Shown: one piece after another, positions 39,201-51,875 of the stretch | How positions within the stretch are numbered: position 1 is the first letter of the stretch | Layout: the number at the start of each line of letters is the position of its first letter | Program-made: the position numbers and the translations under genes | From: Bispira polyomma | Taxonomy: Eukaryota | Direction: 5' to 3' | Length of the DNA stretch: 64,000 nt | NCBI GenBank assembly: GCA_965649765.1 | Contig: OZ287758.1 | Coordinates: 6,758,001 to 6,822,000, forward strand | The notes under the pieces: model-generated | Databases searched by the model: none | What the model saw: the letters and a program-made list of their open reading frames with translations, nothing else | What the model was told of the DNA's origin: nothing

Positions 39201-39660
39201 TGACCGGCCAAGTACCCGGGTAACTGGCCGTGGAAGGCAGGTGATGGTTCATTCCGGCGGTGTAAGAGGGCAGGTCGTAGCTGAAGCTTGCCGAGAGGGT
39301 GCTGGGTGTGGAGGGGGTGGTGATCACGGGCCCGTTGCTGCTGGTGCTGCCACCAATGCCATTCTGTAACATACTAGAGGAAGGGTGGGTGGTTGGCGGC
39401 ATATAGAGAGGGGCGCTGGCCCCTAGGGTTGGCGAGGTCTGCTGATGTTGTGGTGGTGACGAATCTGATGAAGCAGTTGATGTAATTGAGGGCAGGCTGC
39501 TGCTCGCTGGGGGTGATCCGGATGTAGTATTAAGGATTGCACCAGATCCCACGGAGTTGTAAGGGCTGAAGCTACTTTTCCATGTTGGGCCTCCGAGAGC
39601 AGAGCCTCCAAATAGACTAGTACCCGTCTGAGCCCCTCCGGTCACCAGTTGCATGGCCAT
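26529..39660 (-). CDS. GATA456: GATA4/5/6-class (pannier-like) GATA zinc-finger transcription factor, spliced CDS join(complement 39660-39036, 28716-28553, 28193-27959, 27049-26529), 514 aa
   Basis: Two CX2CX17CX2C fingers ([25 protein letters not shown]; [25 protein letters not shown]). Linker [21 protein letters not shown] and IQTRKRKPK are GATA4/5/6-type; GATA1/2/3 would read SAARRAGT, GDPVC, KLHN, TRNRK. All three introns are GT-AG with matching phases (1,0,1). Exon sum 625+164+235+521=1545 nt. Confidence 0.95.
27959..28193 (-). CDS. GATA456: GATA456 exon: C-terminal zinc finger plus basic region
   Basis: TTTGCAG|TCG TCG TCC ... ACT TCT G|GTAAGA; encodes [13 protein letters not shown]...[25 protein letters not shown]. 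Confidence 0.97.
28553..28716 (-). CDS. GATA456: GATA456 exon: N-terminal zinc finger
   Basis: TTACAG|AG GAT GCC (phase 1) ... AGA CTG|GTGAGT (phase 0); encodes [55 protein letters not shown]. Confidence 0.97.
28840..29160 (+). mobile_element. Degenerate L2-type LINE 3' fragment in the GATA456 intron (antisense to the gene)
   Basis: [22 protein letters not shown]-like remnants with frameshifts; AAGCGCTTT..AAGGCGTTTTAT tail. Confidence 0.7.
32112..32126 (-). promoter_or_regulatory. BMP-responsive Smad1/5-Smad4 element GGCGCC-N5-GTCT
   Basis: Minus strand reads GGCGCC ATGTG GTCT, inside a GC-rich unique patch (32090-32160) of the large GATA456 intron. Confidence 0.5.
32470..32712 (-). mobile_element. 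CORE-like SINE family A
   Basis: A-box TGGCCTAGTGG, B-box GGTTCTATCC, core. Confidence 0.85.
32770..32972 (+). mobile_element. V-SINE-like tRNA SINE (related copies ~12410-12566-, 20580-20725-, 22160-22272+, 35590-35915+, 46175-46320+, 58890-59410+, 63230-63455-)
   Basis: tRNA head, AAAGTTTGTCAGGTACTT, 3' GAAAG(T/C)GACGTAAAA and an AAATT-type tail shared across copies. Confidence 0.75.
33339..33783. mobile_element. MITE family M1 (445 bp), preceded by a partial tandem copy at 33136-33331
   Basis: Same TIRs, TA flanks, internal hairpin 33601-33671. Confidence 0.92.
34944..35405. mobile_element. hAT-type non-autonomous element (462 bp) with 8-bp TSD ACTTAATG, inserted in a SINE
   Basis: TAGGGTTGAG...CTCAACCCTG termini; TSD at 34936-43 and 35406-13; internal GTATT(G/A)CCCAC repeats. 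Confidence 0.9.
36215..36257. repeat. (TA)n microsatellite (others at 26144-26167, 27060-27090, 37473-37495, 49037-49080, 51653-51673)
   Basis: Directly visible. Confidence 0.95.
36912..36991 (+). repeat. 40-bp tandem duplication
   Basis: AAACCAG(T/C)ATCAATGTCCCTAATACCAAAATTTAGAAAT x2. Confidence 0.9.
37947..38009 (+). repeat. 32-bp tandem duplication
   Basis: CATTTAGATACACCAGGCTGGTATTCTGAAA x2. Confidence 0.9.
39036..39660 (-). CDS. GATA456: GATA456 first coding exon (S/P/T-rich N-terminal activation region); the exon itself starts at the acceptor at 39680
   Basis: ORF 39016-39660. Acceptor TTTTTCAG ends at 39681; donor G|GTGAGT at 39035 (phase 1). APLYMPPTT and PTYMNKW resemble the GATA4/5/6 N-terminal motifs SPVYVPT and YPAYM..W. 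Confidence 0.85.
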
Positions 39661-40521
39661 GGATGTGGTTGGATTCCAGGCTGAAAAACAAAAGTAAAGA
39701 GGGTAAAAATCGGTGTCATTTATCAGTCCGATAAAGCAATGTAGTAAGTTGTATGTGTTGTTTAATCATATACTACATGTAAGTTACAATGGGCTACATA
39801 TAAGTCAACTGCCCTACATGCGAACAATTTACTGGGGCATTGAGAACCTGCAAACTATAGCTGCCATAAATTACAACTAACATCAGAAAGTGTTTGACCT
39901 TGAAGTCAATTTTTTTCAAGAATTTCGAAGTCATACAATCACATATGTATTCGTATGCCAAATATAAACGACTAAATTCAACAGAAAAGACCATGCAACA
40001 TATCTATTTTGTTGTTCACAGACGGACGGACAGACAGACAAACAGACCAAAATCATATTGCATATTTATATAGCTCATAGTTTATATATATGCAGATGGC
40101 ACTATAATAAGTCAATTCTCTCTCTGTCTCTCTGTACATTATTATAGTAAGACATGAAGCAAATTTGAATTTTAAAAAAATCAATATTTTAATATTGATA
40201 AAATCCAATTAATTTCGAATTAGTTTTATATATATATATATAAAATATATATATATATGTATTTAGAATCTCAATATGTTCATTATCTCTGGTGTGATAC
40301 AAAATAATTAAAATATGGATTCAGCATGCAAAACAAAAATCAAAATGTGACATTTCTGAATGCTAAGATATGTTTAATTTCTGTTCACAATGACTCATGC
40401 TTTTATATTTTTATGTGTAATGGCATAAACAAGCTACTTCTAAAAACCTCTTAAAAGTACAAATTCCACATTCACAGAACAACAACAGTTGTGACTCCTG
40501 AAACTTTCCCTCCAATAAATT

Positions 40522-40744
40522 TAAAACAAGAGTTCTTTTTATAAAGACATAGGCGCCCCAATGTGTGAAATACACTAACGTTGGATGATATATGTTCACT
40601 ATATACTCTGCATCTGACCATACACCGCTCAGTTTGGAACAAATCCCATTCCATCCAGCCAATCCATGAAGGCCTTATATATTATTTCAAAAATGGCGTG
40701 CACCCTTTTTAGAAAACAATATCAGGCATGCGCCTGATAAAAAA
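40522..40744 (-). mobile_element. HINE-like element copy 4
   Basis: Reverse complement; 5' palindrome ATCAGGC..GCCTGAT; ends ACTCTTGTTTT. Confidence 0.65.
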
Positions 40745-41998
40745 GACACCCCCCCCCATCCCCCCCTCCCCTAGAAAACTAACTTGTCACTTAACAAATA
40801 ACACATTCACTCCACTATAAACAAAGGATGCAATTCATCCTAATGTTGTCAAAATAAATCAATAAAAACATCTTCCAATCACTGGTTCTTTTACTTGCTG
40901 TTTTTTTTTTTTCTTGGGGGGGGGGGGGGGGGGGGGGGATTTGTCACTGTTTTACTATTTGCCATATATTTGCATAAAAAGGCACATTTTTGGACAAAGT
41001 TTTCAAGCACCCAGTATTTTAAACATGATCGCTTTCGGAAATGGTGTAAAATGTGTTTATTATATCCGCCCCTCCACCTAGTTCCAGAGTCGAAAAGACT
41101 ATATGTTTTACTGTTGACTAATTGTATTTCTGGGTGGGTTTTTTATTTTATTGTTTTTTCTCCATCAAAATTACTTCCTGCTTTGCTGGAGAATGGGCCA
41201 TCATTTAGAAGGAAACACACACACATAGATAGATATATAATGTATGTATGGATATGTATGTGTGTATAATCAACTTATATATTACTCATGGTGAAATAAT
41301 TCAACCTTTTATATTGTTTTTAAAAAAAGATGGAGGTGTAAAAGAAAATAGGTGAAGGGTTTTACGAGGAGAGTGATTTATATATGATTTATTATTAGTC
41401 AATAAACAGGATTCTAGTATGTTAACTACAACACAAATCGCCATTATATTTATAATATAGAAACAGATGGTATGACTCACATGGCAAGCATGCAGTGATT
41501 CATGAATTTCCCCCAACAGTATTCAATTACTTTTTTGTGTGTATTTTTAAACTAAAAAAAACCTAAACTGTAACGATATTGTTTTATATGATATTTCTCA
41601 GATAGCTAAATACAACTTTGGTTAAAATGGGACTTTAAGAACTGATTTTTCAAGGAAACTAATCTATGGCATTTGAATAATAACAGTGGGCAGTTAGTTC
41701 TCCATCGATGTTTTAGTAACATTTATCCAAGCATACTATATTTTGTTTATCTTCTATTGAAGAGAGTAAATCTATGTCAATCTATATTGTTATTTTTGGA
41801 AAAGAGTTTCTGTTCACCTGATTTTTATAGTCGAATCCCATTATATGTTGCAACAATGCACTTTGTTTGTCATTGTGCTGGTTTTTTTCTATTTATTTGA
41901 TTTATTATTTCTTTAAAATTGTATTACAATTTCTAGTATTATGTTAACTTGTAACCTACAAACAATCGAGCCTACACAATCTGAACATGTTAGGATAG

Positions 41999-42539
41999 TA
42001 ACATTTTGTTTACTGTTCTGATAATAGAATGTTTGATTTGGAAATAAAACCAGCCAGAAAATGTTGGGTTTTTTTCTGCATAAAAACAATAGTGAAAGAC
42101 TCAATTTGGGATAGTAAAATTTATTTAAAAAAAAAGGTTAATACAATAAAATATTTTGAGATAACAGAAGTTCCACCAATAGAAATAGAGGGTTTTTTTT
42201 TTAAAATGTAATTAAAACCATTGGATTGATCCGTAACACATACCTCCAACCCCCCCCCCCCCCCTAACATTTTGTTTACTGTTCTGATAATAGAATGTTT
42301 GATTTGGAAATAAAACCAGCCAGAAAATGTTGGGTTTTTTTCTGCATAAAAACAATAGTGAAAGACTCAATTTGGGATAGTAAAATTTATTTTAAAAAAA
42401 AGGTTAATACAATAAAATATTTTGAGATAACAGAAGTTCCACCAATAGAAATAGAGGGTTTTTTTTTTAAAATGTAATTAAAACCATTGGATTGATCCGT
42501 AACACATACCTCCAACCCCACCCCCCCCCCCCCCCCCCC
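41999..42539 (+). repeat. Near-identical 266-bp tandem duplication, each unit ending in poly-C
   Basis: 41999-42264 versus 42265-~42539; one substitution outside the C run. Confidence 0.95.
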
Positions 42540-42669
42540 TACACCCCTCCCCAAAACCCTTCTGAAAATCTATGACAAAAATCTCCTCAGGGTTTACGAA
42601 ATGCACTCCCCCCCACCCCCTCCTACCCACCTTAAATTAAGGGGTGGTGTCAGGAAATCACCCATCCAG

Positions 42670-42790
42670 AGCCAGCCCTTATCTCCTCCCTCTCTCCCTT
42701 ATCTATATCATGTCAGATTTCACGGCCAGGCGTGCAGATAAGCACATTCCCTCGCAGGCGTGTCAAAGATCCATTATTAGACCATTATGC
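42670..42790. promoter_or_regulatory. Candidate enhancer with three WGATAA sites
   Basis: CCTTATCT twice (~42677, ~42697) and AGATAAG (~42736) within 70 bp of unique CpG-bearing sequence. Confidence 0.35.
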
Positions 42791-44719
42791 ACAATATATA
42801 TTCTTGCTGTACAGGGGAAAACTTTGCAGAGGAAGATTTCGTATTTTAAAACCCACAACCGTGGGCCATTTTCTTATTGCAGTTTTTTGAGTCCTTAGGG
42901 GACCATGGGTGCTGACATGGAAGTTAGGTTAATTTGGGGGCGAGGGGGGTCGGGGTATGTAAATTCGTTAATGATCCTTATCCCCAAGGGGGTAGATTGT
43001 GGACAGAAGAGGAGGGGGGAGGGAAGTTCGGTGGTTCCAGGAATATTTGAATTTTTTTGGGTCATATTACTGTACATGTACATTTTGGTGTGTAGTAAAG
43101 TTGTCAGGAGCTTTTTTTAGGTGATTCGTCGTGTTTTTTCAAACCCAAGGAAGAATTTATTTTTATTATTTTTCTTTTACGAACACCTGTTTATTTTACA
43201 TATATGAACACTAAAAGTATTGTTTAATTCTTACAATTCTAAACGTTATCTGTGTGGGGTTGTTTTCAACTGCAAATACCATGCCCGCCTTAAGGACAGT
43301 ATATATCGTAATTTATTTTCCACTGTGAATGTTTTAGTGACATTTTTACATAATAATTTAGTCAGAAAGTTCATAAAATGTGTAGAGCATGTAACATAAA
43401 ACAGAAAACTTAAACTACATAATAGTAAATATTAAACTTGATATTTGTTTGCGTACTTTATAAATACGAATTTGAAGTTAATTTTATAAGGTACTAACTA
43501 AATTGACACTTCTTGGCTTTCAGGTTTGCATTGTGACGTCATAATGGAAGGTTTTTGAAACGTTAACAAAGAATATATCAGTTTAGGGGTTGTTTTAACA
43601 TTGGCACAGTTAACACATTTATCCATAAAACTGGATAAAACTTTTCACCACAATATGCACTGAATTTTTAATGTTTTAGGGCTGCTTTTTCTGACTAATT
43701 TGTCCTTTATTTTGACCAAGATATATTTTATCAGTGGATACCAAACGTAATACCGGGCTCGTATTGTACTGTTTATCTTCTTTCATCATATATTTTTTGA
43801 CGATGTTTTAATGTACACCACTGGGGGGTAGTTTTACTGTTATATTGCACATTTAAAAAACAACTTCCAGGGCTCTTTGATATAACAAGTGACAGCCAGT
43901 CATGCCATCTTTTTGGAATTTACGAGGTGTGGATTTATGTTCTACGGGAGTATAGTTTCTCCACCCCACCCTCCACCCCCCGCCCCTACATAATGATCTG
44001 GATTTCACACCCCAGCTACACTTGCAAAAAAATAACATCTAGATCAGTTTCATATGGAAGTAACAACCCACACCCCTCCATCTCCCCCCTCTGTCCCTCC
44101 CATCCAGCTCAAGCTCAAGGCGAGAGGGAATGTTCCAGTTCATTACCCTGTCTAAACAATTATTTCAAGCTGTAGTTAGTTAGTTTAAAAAAGCTACATG
44201 AGAAAAAAAACAACATCTCCCCAACCCCACACAGAAAGAAAATAATACAAACATACTTAAACAAAAAGAAATCCCAAATGGAAAACATTTTTCCAGAGAG
44301 TGTGTGTGTGGACAGGCGAGAAAATGCGCGAGTTTGTTAACGAGAGTTGGTTTTCCACTTCATTACCACGTCAGGGGTAATTTCTGTCACTTTTTCCTTT
44401 CACCATCCACAGTCCAGGAGTAAGGCTGTTGGCAATGTTATAACAGTGGATATATACCCTGGGTCGACATATACATAACAGCCCCCCCCTAGGTCCCCAT
44501 GACACCCAAAACTTCCAGGGAGCCTGGGTGGTTGTGTGAAAGTGTGTATGAGTGTGTGTATATATATGGTTGGTAGCTTTTAGGAATCTGGATGCATCTA
44601 TGTTATCCGTGGGAGGGTTTTAGACACAGAAACTTGCTGTCTGGCTCTAAACAAGTAAAAAAATTATAAAAAATAAACAAATTGCAGGGAGTAAATGGGG
44701 CATTACTATTTAGTGGAAA

Positions 44720-44875
44720 GATGTGTGTGACTGTTTGTGTGTGTGTGACTGTGTATCTGACTGTGTATGATTATGTGTGTGTGTATGTCTGTGTAAGTGT
44801 CTATGTTTGTGACTGTGTGTCTGTGTGGTTGCATGCGTGTGTGAGTGTCTGGCTATGTGTCTGTCTGACTGTGTT
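44720..44875. repeat. Degenerate (TG)n low-complexity tract
   Basis: Directly visible. Confidence 0.85.
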
Positions 44876-45410
44876 TATTTGGGGGGGGCTAATGTTGGGT
44901 GAACACTTCTGAAGAATGTCAACAGTTTTGGTGGAAGCAGAACATAAACAGTGATGGTTCTGTTTGTGTTAGGGTAGGGCCAACAAGCCAACTGGAATAA
45001 CAGACACAACTTTAAACATAGTATACACCCCCTCGGTCAAACTCCCTTGGGGGTAGGGGGGAAATGTATTTGTGCTTAGATAAGGACTGGATTTTTTTTT
45101 AGCTTTTTTTCGTGGATATCTATGTATCTCAGTATATAGTTTTAGATATGTTATAGATAAGAAAATAATGTTACCCTCAGCTGGGGGTGAACTTTGTAGG
45201 TAGTGAATACAAATACTGACATTTGCTGTAGTTAATGTAGCATGTAAAAGCTTGTGTTGCCCAGCCGTTACAGTCTTGGACATTGGATCTTAGTGATCTT
45301 AGGGATCATTTTATAAAAAATATTAACGTTTTTTTGTAATTACATTACAGTAACTCTTAAACCTGTTAAAAATTGTTATAATAGGGTCTCTACCTAGATG
45401 AATTTGCTAC

Positions 45411-46125
45411 ACCGGTTCGATCCTAGCTGCTGGACTGGAGATTGTACTCTTAAACAAGGTGCTTTACATAAAGTCGTCCCTCTCTACCCAGGTGTATAAA
45501 ATGGGTACCTGGCTGCCAAAATGGGTGTAAGTGAGCGTTTCCATGCAGGCAATTTTCTGAGGCGACCAACCAACGTCTAACAAGCAATTTTTCAATTTTT
45601 GTTTTTATACAATTATTTGAGAAAAATAGATACCAATATTTAAACCTGAATACCGATTTTGATGCAGCAAAAAGCACAATATACCCAATAAAATAAGCTT
45701 TCTCGTAATATTTTTATTAAATTTATACGTTTAGTAATTTTTGAGTTATTTAAAAAACGGCAATGTTTACAAGGCGACGGGCAATGCCAGGCGATTTTTT
45801 TCGCTCCTAGTACCGAAAAAATCGCCTAGCATTGCCTGTCGCCTATCGGCGTTGCTCACATGCAAACACTTGGTTATAAATCAATGAAACTGATAGAATC
45901 GCCGTCGCCTGATCGCCTCAGAAAGTTGCCTGCATGGAAACGCTCACTTAGTCTTTGTGCATCGTATTTGTGGCAGCATGGCTAGTACGCTCTCCCTGAG
46001 GGAACTAAGACTGAATAATTGGTTGGCATACAAGTGGAACAACCCAGGGCTGGGGTGTGTAAACTGTAAAAGTCAGATGATACCTCAATAGAGGTGTTAT
46101 CAGACTATAAACCTACACACTTTTT
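45411..46125 (+). mobile_element. CORE-like SINE family A interrupted by a MITE
   Basis: SINE halves 45411-45529 and 45949-46125 rejoin as AATGGGTG/TAGTCTTTGTG, as in the uninterrupted copy near 23930. Confidence 0.85.
45530..45948. mobile_element. MITE family M1 (419 bp), TA target duplication
   Basis: TIR AGTGAGCGTTTCCATGCAGGCAA(T/C)TTTCTGAGGCGA at both ends, flanked by TA..TA. Confidence 0.92.
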
Positions 46126-47959
46126 ACTTTTACATGACAAAATAGTCACTTTTAATTTTCAATATATAGAAAGGGGTGGTCATGGTGGCATATTTAAGTG
46201 TCAGAAGTGCTGGCTTCACAATCACTGGCATTTTCACCAATTTGTGGGTTCGAAATCTTATCTATTGCTTCATGTGTGAAAAGTTTGTCAGGTATTTGCT
46301 GTAGGTCGGTTGTTTTGGATACTGAATATAATGGATAATGAATAAAGGTATTGTTTGTCAATATTTGGTGACTTTATGCAAGGTTGTTTTTAAATCTGGT
46401 AATAGTAAAAAAGATGTATGATGAACAAAATTAAGTAATTTAAAACAATAGTCACCTGGCGGCAAATTTTACAGTGGATCCAATAACTCTACTTTAATTA
46501 GCAAGAATTGGTTAGTTGGTTCATGGAATTGTTTATGGCCATACTTGGATTTTTTTGCAAGCAGTTCCATCCTTATGATGATTATATAATTGCAAAGACT
46601 TGCACCTGTACAGAGCTATCATCTAACACCCCCCTCCCCCCCCTCCCCCCCCCCCCCCCCTCAACAATCTACACACACGCCTTATCTAAAAAAAAAATGA
46701 AATTGCATGACAAATATGGGTCACATTTTACAACGGCGCATGCACACTGCTCTGCCTATAGTAAGACAACAACATCACAGTCTCTATCATAAAACACTTG
46801 GGTTGACCACATATAAATCAGACACACCCCCCCCCCCCCCCCCCAACCAACCAATAAATTACTGGCTTTTACTACAGTCCTGCTTTTTATGCCTAATGTT
46901 GCAAAATCAAAAGTTGGTTTGGTGACTAGCCTCATCTTTTATAATAAGACAGGGTTGTCAACCTTGGGATCTGTAATTCAGCTGGCCTAGAATAGCCCAT
47001 TTTAAAAGAAAAGCCAAACTAAATCCTAAGTTGGACTCCAAAATGTGTATGTGAACGAATGTAAACCCCCAGTCACCACCAGAAATATTTTTTTACCAAA
47101 AAGTAGGCCACCCAAAATGGTGTGTGTCACTGGTATAGTGTTTTTATTGAACAAGTGTTGTATTTATAATAAGAAAACATTATTCTCATTAAATCATATG
47201 AAGTATTGTTGTATCCTTATACCTGTAGAAATGTGTCTCTTTATATATAATAAGATTATGTAGTAAATACTTTTTGATATTTTTAAAATAACTAATAAGC
47301 CCATATTTGGGCTGGGCATGAATGTTGCTGGTTCATTTATTTGTTAAATGAACTTGTCACTATAATAAAGGCTTTTAATTATCTATTTCCCTTTTACATA
47401 TCCCTAAAACTAAGTTGTTTGTAATCTATTTGCCTACATTTAAAGATGACAATAGTTCTGCTTCCCAATAACTTTGATTCTTTTTTTAGAAGCTAATTCA
47501 TAGACCACAATATACATGATATTAGTCTGTTCTGTAATTGGAAAATTGTTATCGAAAAACATTTCAAATCCATTCATACCTGCAAAAATAATAAGTTAAA
47601 ATATGTGTCCAGGTACATGTTATCTTCTTATCTTTCTTTACTAAAACTCATGGTCCAAGGTGACATGACCCCCCACCCACCCCACCCCCACTCCCCACCA
47701 GAGCTACTTATCCACGTGCGGCGGTCAAATATGCCCCCCCCCCCCCCCCAATCCTTGTTTAAAAATCATTCAATATATTTATACCTCCCCCCCTCCCCCC
47801 CTCATATCCATAGCCTCTCCACTAGTACTTACCTATGACATACCTTTGTTTTATATACCACACAATACTATACACAAGTCACAATATCTTTATCATCTCA
47901 TAGCAGAAAGCCTTGGCATTTATATGGAAGTGATGCAGTTAATGTCATTCTGAAGTACC

Positions 47960-48095
47960 NNNNNNNNNNNNNNNNNNNNNNNNNNNNNNNNNNNNNNNNN
48001 NNNNNNNNNNNNNNNNNNNNNNNNNNNNNNNNNNNNNNNNNNNNNNNNNNNNNNNNNNNNNNNNNNNNNNNNNNNNNNNNNNNNNNNNNNNNNNN
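47960..48095. other. Assembly gap (136 N)
   Basis: Run of N. Confidence 1.
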
Positions 48096-49034
48096 TTAAG
48101 AGATATTACTATATACACTCAAAGTCAGTATACAAAATGTAATTTGTTTTAATTGGTTTTTAAAGTATAACAATAATTTTTGTTTAAATCAATTGATTTA
48201 TAATGTTTAAAATAATGATGTCAAATTGTAAATCAATTTAACAAATACTTCGTATCTTTTTTAATAAAGAAAGTTGATTGTCGATAACAAACAACATTAG
48301 TTTTATGACAGTTTAGATAGATACATTCATTTGTAGGAAAATTAGTGCTGCAGCCCAAATTGGCTTATTTAGTCACTTTAAAAATTAATAAACCTAAAAC
48401 ATTGTGGGTTAAATAACCTTAGCATAGAGTGACACAAACAATACACACAAGAACTTGACTCCATCTCTAGTGAGACATTATCTACATGAGTAAAGAAACA
48501 TTACCTCATTTTATGTAATGACGTTAATTGGGGGTTTTTAATCATGAAATCAACATTTTTCTCTTTAGAGATATATCATAACATAAATATTAATGTCAGA
48601 CACAAAAGAACAGATAGAGTCACACAATTTGAAACAACTGATTCACGACATCCCTAATAAATACCTACTTGACCAACAAGATATGGACATTTTTCTGTCT
48701 TTACAGCCATAAAAAGTAGACCAAGTATATCTATTGACACACATATATAATATACTGTATCATTTGAATATTTCACCAAAGAATTTATTTTGGGTGAGTT
48801 TTTCGGCTAACGAGTTCGGGTAGTTGGAAAAATTTTAAATGGCCATTTAAAATTTGAACTTAAAACAAGGCAAGCATAAAAATTAATTCCAATGAATTTC
48901 CCACTAAAAAAAAAAATTACTTTTTTTTTGTAAATAAATTAGTGAAATCATCTTGCAGCCTAAATGTTCCATTTTTACAGGACTATTTAAACTATTGTAT
49001 ATATAGTTAGTTCACCTGTAGCAATCCTTTTGAG

Positions 49035-49085
<51 letters not shown>

Positions 49086-51172
49086 TTAATAATACTAATA
49101 TAATATAATAAGTCATATACTTGTATTTTTTTTCTTTATAGCCCCACTCAGCCCCACTAAAATCAAGGTTAAGGACATGACTTGTAATAAACGGCTATTT
49201 CATTAAGTGACATTATTATGATCGACACATGACTTGTAAAACAAATAAACCACTGTTCAATTAAGTGTCATATTATTACACATCAAAGTGTATATCTATG
49301 TCACCATACAGTCTTATATATAAATGTGTAAATAGATCATTAATATGTGATAGTTTAACTTGTAACATGAATCAGGTTTTCTACATATTTTAATGTTGAC
49401 ACATTTTTGAGTGATTCAACGCATAATTCAGTAAACAAACTGATTGGAATGATGAACCTGAATTAAGTTATTGAACTACTATATATTTCTATTATTAATA
49501 AACAAATGTTTCCTAACACTACTGAGATTTTCTTTGACAAATGAAATGGGATTTTACCTTCAATATAAAAAGTTCACACACACACAAAAAACCATAAATC
49601 TATCTTTTATAAGCTAAATCTAAAGCTATATGCATTCATTCCATTTCAAGTGGTACACTATCAACATACCAGGTTCTTTAATTTACACCAAAAGTACTGT
49701 TTTTTTTTCAGTTTTTTAGATTAGGTGTTTTGCTTTTAGTTATATAAAAGATATAAAGCTCACAATTCGAGGTTTAAAATATGGATATTTTATTGTTCTA
49801 CAGACCAAAGCTTTGGAATTCTGATTTGTGGCCAAAGTCTAATTTTGCCCATATAAGGAATCATTCCCTTCCATTGGTTTAAAGCTACCACCTACTGTTT
49901 TAGGCTGCTTTAAAAATTGAACCAATGGAAGGAACCTGTGTAAATTGAGCTTAAAAGTACCACAAGCCATTGATTATTTCCCAATGCAGTTTTTGAGGGT
50001 TGGAATTTTGATGAGAAAGTTTGTCTCAATAAATAAAAGAGGACTTAAAAATATAACAATACTTTAGTGTGTGCTTTTTATGAAAATAGAATACCTGTCA
50101 ATTACATAAGACAGAAAAAAAAACAATCTATATGAATAGACAAATCCATATACACGTTGTTTTAAAAGGGAATTAATTTTAAGATCATTGTGCAATTTGT
50201 AACTTTATAGATTATATAAAAACAAATGTCAATATTTTTTTTCAATGGGGAAATAAAGTTTACTATCCAAGTCTGATTAAGAAAAAGTTGAAATTCCCCG
50301 CCTTCTTGTATATCAGACATACATATCTATTTAAAAAGAACAGATAACTTAGCATAAACACTTGCAGATAATAAGGAATTTGCAAAGAGAAACATCTATC
50401 TTAGTTCCTGCCGAGGGGGCTTTCTGTAACTTTCGGTCGCACTCGTCAATTTTCATCATTTCTAACTAACTAACTAACTGACCACAATAAATCTATTAAT
50501 AAAAGTATTATTAAGTTTGATAAAGTTTTAAAGTGTTTATTGTTGAAAAGTGGCATATAATACTTGGTGACAATTGAAGAGGTGACGTCCTCGCAAAAGA
50601 TTTGAAATGTAACAAAAAGACACCTCTTCCATTAATTAATGTTAAAACTTCTGAAAGATTAAAATACTATTGCAGACAATACATGTGTTACACTAGAAAG
50701 GGGCACTCAGTGGATCAAGGTGCATCTGTTGGATCCAAAAATCTGAAAACTAATCCATCTAATCTAACTTTTATAGTGCTTATCTCTGTGTTAGCAGATT
50801 CTAAGGCGCATGAGACAGAAAATCATTTTGACAATTTAAGATAGACATTCGAGTCGTGACCATGGAGACGCTGGAAAAAGGTAAGGAGGTTAAGGTAAAA
50901 CAAGGCTTGCTGAATAGGTAGATCAAAAGGTCAAAGACCAAAAGTTTAGACGGATTCTTAGCATGCAGAAAAATTACACAGGTAAGCTACATAGATATCT
51001 TCAATACTGCTTTTAAAAATAACCTGTTTTGCTGAGAGAACATCATTGGTTATCGTAAGATATAATAAAACCTTTTGACAAATCTCGTCCGGAAAGAAAT
51101 ATACATGTAGTATAGTTAGAAAAGAATAACATCCATATAGTTACTAAAGAAAAACAGTTTTTAAAAACCTAC

Positions 51173-51794
51173 CTGGAATATAGTTTGCCCCTTGGTTTCT
51201 GTTTCACTTTCCCTAAAAGCCGTCCTTCAAAACTTCTCCGGCATGCAGATTTTTCAGAATTTATACTAAAACAACCAAACAAGAAACGTCACAGAATCTA
51301 CGTCACACACTCGGACACTTCCGTCCCAGCCCTTCGTTCGCGTCCGTACATAAAGAACAATACCTCATGTGCAATATGTGACTTTGATGTAGTTTATCAA
51401 TTATTATATATATCTTTCTTTAATACCACTTAGTAGATATTCTTTAAACAGTACAATTCATACATATAGATACATCCCTTTTCGTTGGGTCCTGGTTTAT
51501 TGTTGTTTACTGATATATAATAAGTTGCTTATCCAAAAGCCGTTTTGTCACATCAACTGTAAAGATAGATATAAGAGATAGCGGTGTAACAGTTATATAC
51601 TAGTGCAGTTAAATGATATATTTATATGTATATAAGCTTATCAGTCCAACCTTTATATATATATATATATATACACGCAGGCAGAGACGCATTACAGACG
51701 ATAAATCCAGATAACTTCAGGAGAAACGAGTCTCAACGAATCAAGACGATTGCTGGAGTAAAGTGGCACTCGGATCTTTTCCGCGAACGTGACT
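51173..51794 (-). other. Candidate non-coding first exon of GATA456
   Basis: Strong donor CAG|GTAGGT at 51173/51172; CpG-richer than its surroundings; begins at an Inr-like TCAGTC; in-frame stop relative to the 39680 exon, so non-coding. Confidence 0.4.
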
Positions 51795-51875
51795 GACGGC
51801 TCGCTTGAGCCAATGGTGTTAAGGGAGGGCGGGATCAGTGGGCGTGGCTTAACGGGTATGGGGGGGGGGGGGGGA
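51690..51875 (-). promoter_or_regulatory. Candidate GATA456 core/proximal promoter
   Basis: CpG-rich patch with Inr-like TCAGTC (51796-51791, minus), CCAAT 51810-14, GC boxes GGGCGGG 51827-33 and GGGCGTGGC 51840-48, and GATA sites near 51700-51715. Confidence 0.5.

Noticed and set aside
42029-42477. Two near-identical 60-aa ORFs as tandem genes
   Set aside because: By-product of the 266-bp duplication; AT-rich with no coding signature
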